Below, in pieces: positions 59,186 through 64,000 of a DNA stretch of 64,000 nt (position 1 is the stretch's first letter; each line of letters starts with the position of its first letter). The stretch spans positions 157,427 to 221,426 of the forward strand of contig CAXRIU010000021.1 of the NCBI GenBank assembly GCA_964231135.1. The letters run 5' to 3'. The position numbers and the translations under genes are program-made. A model generated the notes under the pieces. It worked only from the letters and a program-made list of their open reading frames with translations. It was not told the origin of the DNA and did no database searches. The DNA comes from Bacteriovoracaceae bacterium. Its GTDB lineage: Bacteria; Bdellovibrionota; Bacteriovoracia; Bacteriovoracales; Bacteriovoracaceae.

Positions 59186-60202
59186 ATGATAAAAGACAGC
59201 TCTTTAAAAATGGAGAATGAAATGATTGAGCAGTCCTATAAAGACAATACAAGTGTAAAAACCAAAATGGTAAAAGATATTTTGGAATGTGACACTAAAG
59301 ATGAAACTGGACTTAATGATTTCCAACAGTTACCGACGGAAGACTTTGTTGCTATCCCAAGAGTCGGAATAAATCGATTTAGACTTCCTATTGAATTCAC
59401 AAATAAGTTTGGAGTGACCAGGTCTCACGACTGTGAAGCTTCGATGTATGTAAACCTAGAAGCGAACAAAAATGGTGTTTCCATGTCGAGACTTTGCACG
59501 ATTCTTCAATCGGTTGCAACGACTGACAAAGTAAATTCAGAGTTCTTTAAAAACGTATTAAGAAGATATCGAATTGAGTTAGCGGATGAGGCGGATAAGG
59601 AATTAATCAATACAGCTCATTTAAAGCTAAGATTTAAGTTTCCGGTAAAGCAGAAGTCACTCAAAAGTGATAATTGGGGATGGCAATACTATCCTGTAAT
59701 CCTTGAAGCAAAAGAGTCCAAAGAAAAAGGTTTCCAATTCTTTATGACTTTAACTTACGAATACTCTTCAACATGTCCTTGTTCACTTTCAATGGCCAAG
59801 CAATATGAGCAGGAATATGCTGCTGGCAAAACTGAAGAGGGTGTAGGTATTGGTGTACCTCACTCTCAAAGATCAAAAATGAGTATCACCGTTCAAGTTA
59901 ACCCTGATAGAGAGTTCTTTATCGAAGATTTAGTCCTATTAGTACGTGAAGCTATTCCGACTGAGACACAAAGCTTAGTAAAAAGAGTAGATGAGCAAGC
60001 TTTTGCTATTTTAAATGGTACGCACCCAATGTTTGTAGAGCATGCTTCAACTAGAATTACTAAGGTCCTAAACCGTGAAGAAGAGTTAATCTTTGATTGG
60101 CTGGTGGAACTTGAGCATATTGAATCTCTTCATAGCCACAATGCAGCAGCAGTTGTCTATAAAGGTATTGAAAATGGGTTACGAGCTGATACAATCTTTT
60201 AA
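59186..60202 (+). CDS. folE2: GTP cyclohydrolase FolE2/MptA family (type IB)
   Basis: NGVSMSRL and YEYSSTCPCSLSMAK motifs. ATG 59186 follows AGAGGAG; the track's TTG at 59138 lies inside the repeat array and is unlikely. Confidence 0.8.
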   Translation: MIKDSSLKMENEMIEQSYKDNTSVKTKMVKDILECDTKDETGLNDFQQLPTEDFVAIPRVGINRFRLPIEFTNKFGVTRSHDCEASMYVNLEANKNGVSMSRLCTILQSVATTDKVNSEFFKNVLRRYRIELADEADKELINTAHLKLRFKFPVKQKSLKSDNWGWQYYPVILEAKESKEKGFQFFMTLTYEYSSTCPCSLSMAKQYEQEYAAGKTEEGVGIGVPHSQRSKMSITVQVNPDREFFIEDLVLLVREAIPTETQSLVKRVDEQAFAILNGTHPMFVEHASTRITKVLNREEELIFDWLVELEHIESLHSHNAAAVVYKGIENGLRADTIF

Positions 60203-60990
60203 TGAGCATCGGACCTGTAAAAAAACTAAAATCGTCACCCAATGATATTATAAACTACCAGCTTCCTCTAGGTGAGGAGCTGGTAGATATGAATCCTCTC
60301 ATTGGAAAAAAAATCACGTTAAAACATACTGGAAATATCTTTTGTGTCGATACTGGCAAAAAGATCAAGAAAGCTTATGGTCAGGGTTATTCCTGGGAGT
60401 CCTTTATCACCAGACCAGAGTGTGATCAGTGCATTGTTCAACCTGAGCTTTGTCATTTTTCTCGTGGGACTTGTAGAGATCCTGAGTGGGGTGAAAAACA
60501 TTGTATGCAACCGCATGTGATCTACCTTTCTGTCACCTCAGGGCTTAAAGTTGGGATCACTCGAAAAACCCAAGTACCAACTCGTTGGATTGATCAAGGT
60601 GCCGTTAAGGCAATAAAACTTTGTGAAGTTAAAAATAGGCTGACCTCAGGGCTAGTAGAAATTGAAATCGCTAAAAAAATGGCGGATAAAACTAACTGGC
60701 GCAACATGCTTAAAAATGTTTATGAAGAGGTAGATCTTCTGGCCAAGAAAAAAGAAGTCTGGACTGAATTTAAAGACCTATTTAAGAAACATGACGTGAG
60801 TGAAGTTGATGATGAGATTTTTGTCGCCAACTATCCTGTTGAGAGATACCCAGAGAAGGTTAGTTCCTATAATTTTGATAAAAATCCAGTGATTGAGGAT
60901 ACCCTGATGGGAATTAAGGGGCAGTATTTGATCTTTGAAAAGGGTGTAATTAATATGCGTAAATTTCAAGGATATGAAGTAGAGCTCTAG
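60202..60990 (+). CDS. Cys-rich hypothetical protein (DUF2797-like as far as I recall)
   Basis: 262 aa with ECDQCIVQPELCHFSRGTCRDPEWGEKHC and GLKVGITRK. The ATG overlaps the folE2 stop (TAATG). Confidence 0.6.
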   Translation: MSIGPVKKLKSSPNDIINYQLPLGEELVDMNPLIGKKITLKHTGNIFCVDTGKKIKKAYGQGYSWESFITRPECDQCIVQPELCHFSRGTCRDPEWGEKHCMQPHVIYLSVTSGLKVGITRKTQVPTRWIDQGAVKAIKLCEVKNRLTSGLVEIEIAKKMADKTNWRNMLKNVYEEVDLLAKKKEVWTEFKDLFKKHDVSEVDDEIFVANYPVERYPEKVSSYNFDKNPVIEDTLMGIKGQYLIFEKGVINMRKFQGYEVEL

Positions 60991-61602
60991 ATGGAAACCA
61001 TTCTGATCATTGTTATCGTTCTCTTATGCCTTCTCATCATTGGGCTGTTTGCTTTGACACTTATCTTTGCGATGAAATTCATGAAGATGAAAGAGCAGAA
61101 GCCACCAGAGAGTACAGCTTTAAAAGATAATATAGAGCAGAAAAATATCCCGGATGAGATTAGACAGGCCATAGAACAAGCTAAGAATATTGGAGGAGGA
61201 AACCTCCTCGGAAGGACTTGTGTCGATCATCCTGAACTGCCTGCAGTAGGAATGTGCTCGATCTCGAATCAGATTTATTGCGAACTTTGTTTGACTAAAG
61301 AAAACGACGTCAAAATTGCGAGAAAATACCTTTCACTACTTCTTGATAGTGAGTGGGAAAATATGTTTATGCTTCATAATGAAAAAGTTGGAGCAGATAA
61401 AATCAACGAGCTGATGAGGATAAAAAGAAATCTTTGGGAAGAAAGTGAAGTTCCCGTGATCACTCAGAAGCAATTTAAAATAAATATTGAAATAGACAAG
61501 ATAGAGGACTACACTGCGGTTATGGTTCGAGATCAAGACCAGAACCTAGTAAAAAAAATGCTAAATTTTCTCGAGGACAGCGATGACACAACTCATTTAT
61601 AA
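60991..61602 (+). CDS. Hypothetical single-pass membrane protein
   Basis: N-terminal TM METILIIVIVLLCLLIIGLFALTLIFA and a Cys pair region CVDHP...CSISNQIYCELC. Confidence 0.6.
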   Translation: METILIIVIVLLCLLIIGLFALTLIFAMKFMKMKEQKPPESTALKDNIEQKNIPDEIRQAIEQAKNIGGGNLLGRTCVDHPELPAVGMCSISNQIYCELCLTKENDVKIARKYLSLLLDSEWENMFMLHNEKVGADKINELMRIKRNLWEESEVPVITQKQFKINIEIDKIEDYTAVMVRDQDQNLVKKMLNFLEDSDDTTHL

Positions 61603-63046
61603 CACTCTCAGTGGTAAGAAAGAAGAATTCAAATCAATCATTCCTAACCAAGTTAAAATGTATTTGTGTGGTCCAACGGTCTATGACTTTCTTCATATTG
61701 GAAACTTTAGAGGGGCCATTGTTTTTAACCTCATACGAAACTGGCTTGAGTTTCAAGGTAATAAAGTCACAATGGTTTATAACTACACCGATGTAGATGA
61801 TAAGATAATCAAGCGAGCCAATGATGAAGGTGTAGAGTGTTCTGATGTCACTGAAAGATTCATCAAAGAATTTGAAAAAGATTTTCATATGCTCGGACTT
61901 CGTCCTCATGATCATAACCCACGTGTTACTGAGCATATGACTGATATCATCGAGATGATTGAGGGTATTGTTCGTAATCAAAAAGGCTATGTGGTTGATG
62001 GTGAAGTCTTTTTTGATACTCAGGCTCAAGAGGGATATGGAAAATTATCTAAAAAGAAATTAGACGAGCTTGAAGCAGGCCATAGAGTTGATGTTGATGG
62101 ACGAAAGAAGCATCCAAGTGATTTTGTCTTGTGGAAACCATCTAAACCAGGTGAGCCATCATGGGATTCTCCTTGGGGAAAAGGACGTCCAGGTTGGCAT
62201 ATTGAATGTTCAGCTATGGTTAAGTCGATTCTTGGTGAAACAATAGATATCCACGGAGGTGGAATCGACCTGATTTTTCCTCACCATGAAAATGAAATAG
62301 CTCAAAGTGAAGGATGCAATTGCACCAACTATTGTAATTATTGGGTTCACAATGAATTCATAAATTTTGGTGCAGAAAAAATGAGTAAATCTTTAGGTAA
62401 TGTTATTACTGCTAGAAATTTTATGGAAACTTATCATCCTGAAATTTTGAAATACTTATTTCTATCTGCTCATTATAGAACACAGATGAGCATCACAGAT
62501 GATAAGCTAATGCAGACAATTTCTGCTCTGACGCGAATTTATTCAGCTGTACTATTAGCGCAACAGACAATTGATATGGTCGAAGCGCCTGCTCAAGTTG
62601 ATAAAGCCTTTGAGGCAAAACTAGAGGAACTCGATAAAAAAATCATTGAGTCTTTAAATGATGATTTTAATACCGCTGAGATGATTTCATTTATTTTTGA
62701 GGGTGTAAGAGCATTCAATGCACTTGGCTTTGCAAATAAAGGTAAAAGAAATTCAATTCATAAAGGCTGTTCTGCTGCCTTTGTTGAGTGGATGAAAAAG
62801 TATGGAAGCATGAGTGCACTATTTAATGATGAGCCGGCGAAAATTCTAGGTGAATTAGATGACGTTCTGATAAAGATGAAAAATATCGATCGAACTCAGG
62901 TGGAAGAATTGATCGCTCAAAGAACAAAAGCTCGTGAAGACAAAGACTGGGCCAAAGCAGATGAGATGAGAGATAAACTTGCTGCTATGGATATTGAGCT
63001 TCTAGACGGCCAGGCCAAGGGCTGGAGAGTTCGCGTAAGTGATTAA
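61583..63046 (+). CDS. cysS: Cysteine--tRNA ligase
   Basis: Class I signatures HIGN and KMSKS, plus GWHIECS and the C-terminal DWAKADEMRDKL. Confidence 0.95.
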   Translation: MTQLIYNTLSGKKEEFKSIIPNQVKMYLCGPTVYDFLHIGNFRGAIVFNLIRNWLEFQGNKVTMVYNYTDVDDKIIKRANDEGVECSDVTERFIKEFEKDFHMLGLRPHDHNPRVTEHMTDIIEMIEGIVRNQKGYVVDGEVFFDTQAQEGYGKLSKKKLDELEAGHRVDVDGRKKHPSDFVLWKPSKPGEPSWDSPWGKGRPGWHIECSAMVKSILGETIDIHGGGIDLIFPHHENEIAQSEGCNCTNYCNYWVHNEFINFGAEKMSKSLGNVITARNFMETYHPEILKYLFLSAHYRTQMSITDDKLMQTISALTRIYSAVLLAQQTIDMVEAPAQVDKAFEAKLEELDKKIIESLNDDFNTAEMISFIFEGVRAFNALGFANKGKRNSIHKGCSAAFVEWMKKYGSMSALFNDEPAKILGELDDVLIKMKNIDRTQVEELIAQRTKAREDKDWAKADEMRDKLAAMDIELLDGQAKGWRVRVSD

Positions 63047-63497
63047 AGTTCTTTTCGTTTGCTTAGGTAATATTTGTCGCTCGCCAGCGGCTGAGGCGGT
63101 TTTTAAAAATATCGTCGATTCGAATTCTTATTTTATCGATTCAGCAGGCACAGATGGCTTTCATTCAGGAGAGGCTGCGGACTCAAGAATGAGGGCAGCG
63201 GCGGCAGATAGAGGGATCGATATTACTAGTCGCTCTCGTAAGCTTTTAGCAAGTGATCTTGAGAGCTTTGACTATATCATCACCATGGATGATTCGAATT
63301 ATAGCAATACTGTAAATCTGAGTCCTAAACATCAAAATAAAGTGTTGAAATTTGCTGATTTTTTAGATGGTGAGTTTAAAAAATTCGATAGAGTCCCAGA
63401 CCCATACTATGGAGGATCTGAAGGTTTCGATTTGGTGTTAGACCTTTTAGAAAACGGCAGTAAGAATCTCCTAAAAGAAATCGAAACTAATAGGTAA
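63039..63497 (+). CDS. Low-molecular-weight protein-tyrosine (arsenate-reductase-fold) phosphatase
   Basis: GTG start. P-loop VCLGNICRSPAAE and DPYYG. Confidence 0.85.
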   Translation: MIKVLFVCLGNICRSPAAEAVFKNIVDSNSYFIDSAGTDGFHSGEAADSRMRAAAADRGIDITSRSRKLLASDLESFDYIITMDDSNYSNTVNLSPKHQNKVLKFADFLDGEFKKFDRVPDPYYGGSEGFDLVLDLLENGSKNLLKEIETNR

Positions 63498-63501
63498 AAA
63501 A

Positions 63502-63523
63502 ATAGCGCTCCTGAGAGCGCTAT
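63502..63523. terminator. Bidirectional terminator hairpin between the phosphatase and dksA-like genes
   Basis: ATAGCGCTC-CTGA-GAGCGCTAT, a perfect 9-bp stem, with an A-run upstream and an AT-rich stretch downstream. Confidence 0.65.
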
Positions 63524-63528
63524 ATAAT

Positions 63529-63963
63529 TTACGAACTAAAACTTACTGACTTACCTAATGATTTAGATTGGCGACCGTGGAAGCTTTGAAGCTCATTACG
63601 TTCCGCTTCTTCCTTACAACCAATACACATCGTGCTGGTTGGTCTGGCCTTTAATCTGGTAAAAGAAATAGGGGAGCCACACTCCTCGCACATTCCATAC
63701 TCTTCAGAATCCATTAAAACCAAAGTCTTCATTAATTTTTTTAAATAAAGAGTTTCTCTAGTTGCAAATCTTAATTCTGCATGACGAATAATGTCATCAT
63801 TTGCAGAATCAACTTCATCTCTACCAGAGCTAGAATCATTAGCCGCTTTATGACCTTGTTCTAGATTTAGTTTATTGTGGATCCTCTCTCTTTCGGCTCT
63901 AACCTGATCTTCTAATTCCTTGAGCTGCTTCTTGGTTAGATGACGATTCATTCTTGAACTCAT
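63529..63963 (-). CDS. dksA: DksA/TraR-family C4 zinc-finger transcription factor
   Basis: CEECGSPI...N17...CIGCK. N-terminal coiled coil with an acidic tip (DEVDSANDD). Confidence 0.7.
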   Translation of the reverse strand: MSSRMNRHLTKKQLKELEDQVRAERERIHNKLNLEQGHKAANDSSSGRDEVDSANDDIIRHAELRFATRETLYLKKLMKTLVLMDSEEYGMCEECGSPISFTRLKARPTSTMCIGCKEEAERNELQSFHGRQSKSLGKSVSFSS

Positions 63964-64000
63964 CGTTACTCTCCTTAGTAAAATTCCTCCAAAATGTGTG

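Overview
AT-rich bacterial chromosomal segment with about 60 tightly packed genes. Gene content (many lipobox lipoproteins, secreted proteases, giant adhesin-like proteins, FliA-type promoter motifs) suggests a Bdellovibrio- or Halobacteriovorax-like predatory bacterium; that assignment is inference only. Housekeeping blocks: queA-tgt-yajC-tat-secD-secF, an ihfB-like gene, tRNA-Cys, fadH, a Na/Pi cotransporter, uvrA-pyrC-cdd-priA, yidD, folE2, cysS, an LMW phosphatase and a dksA-like gene. Accessory or signalling content: (i) two giant surface lipoproteins, one truncated by the left edge and missing from the ORF track; (ii) an HD-GYP/histidine-kinase/HExxH operon; (iii) a locus with a non-canonical ThiF/E1-like gene, two tandem XRE-type regulators, a LuxI-fold-like protein and a 7-TM histidine kinase, which I rate the most interesting candidate system; (iv) an MCP with a His-rich polytopic sensor domain; (v) a receptor-less chemosensory cluster with two CheA kinases of mirrored architecture; (vi) three secreted hydrolases. 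Non-coding observations: a 22-bp duplication of the tRNA-Cys 3' end bracketing a GC-rich 251-bp insert, eight sigma-28-like promoters, a palindromic operator candidate, and three 11-bp-phased direct repeats upstream of folE2. No rRNA, CRISPR array, transposase or integrase was seen. All functional calls rest on motifs read by eye; no database search was possible.
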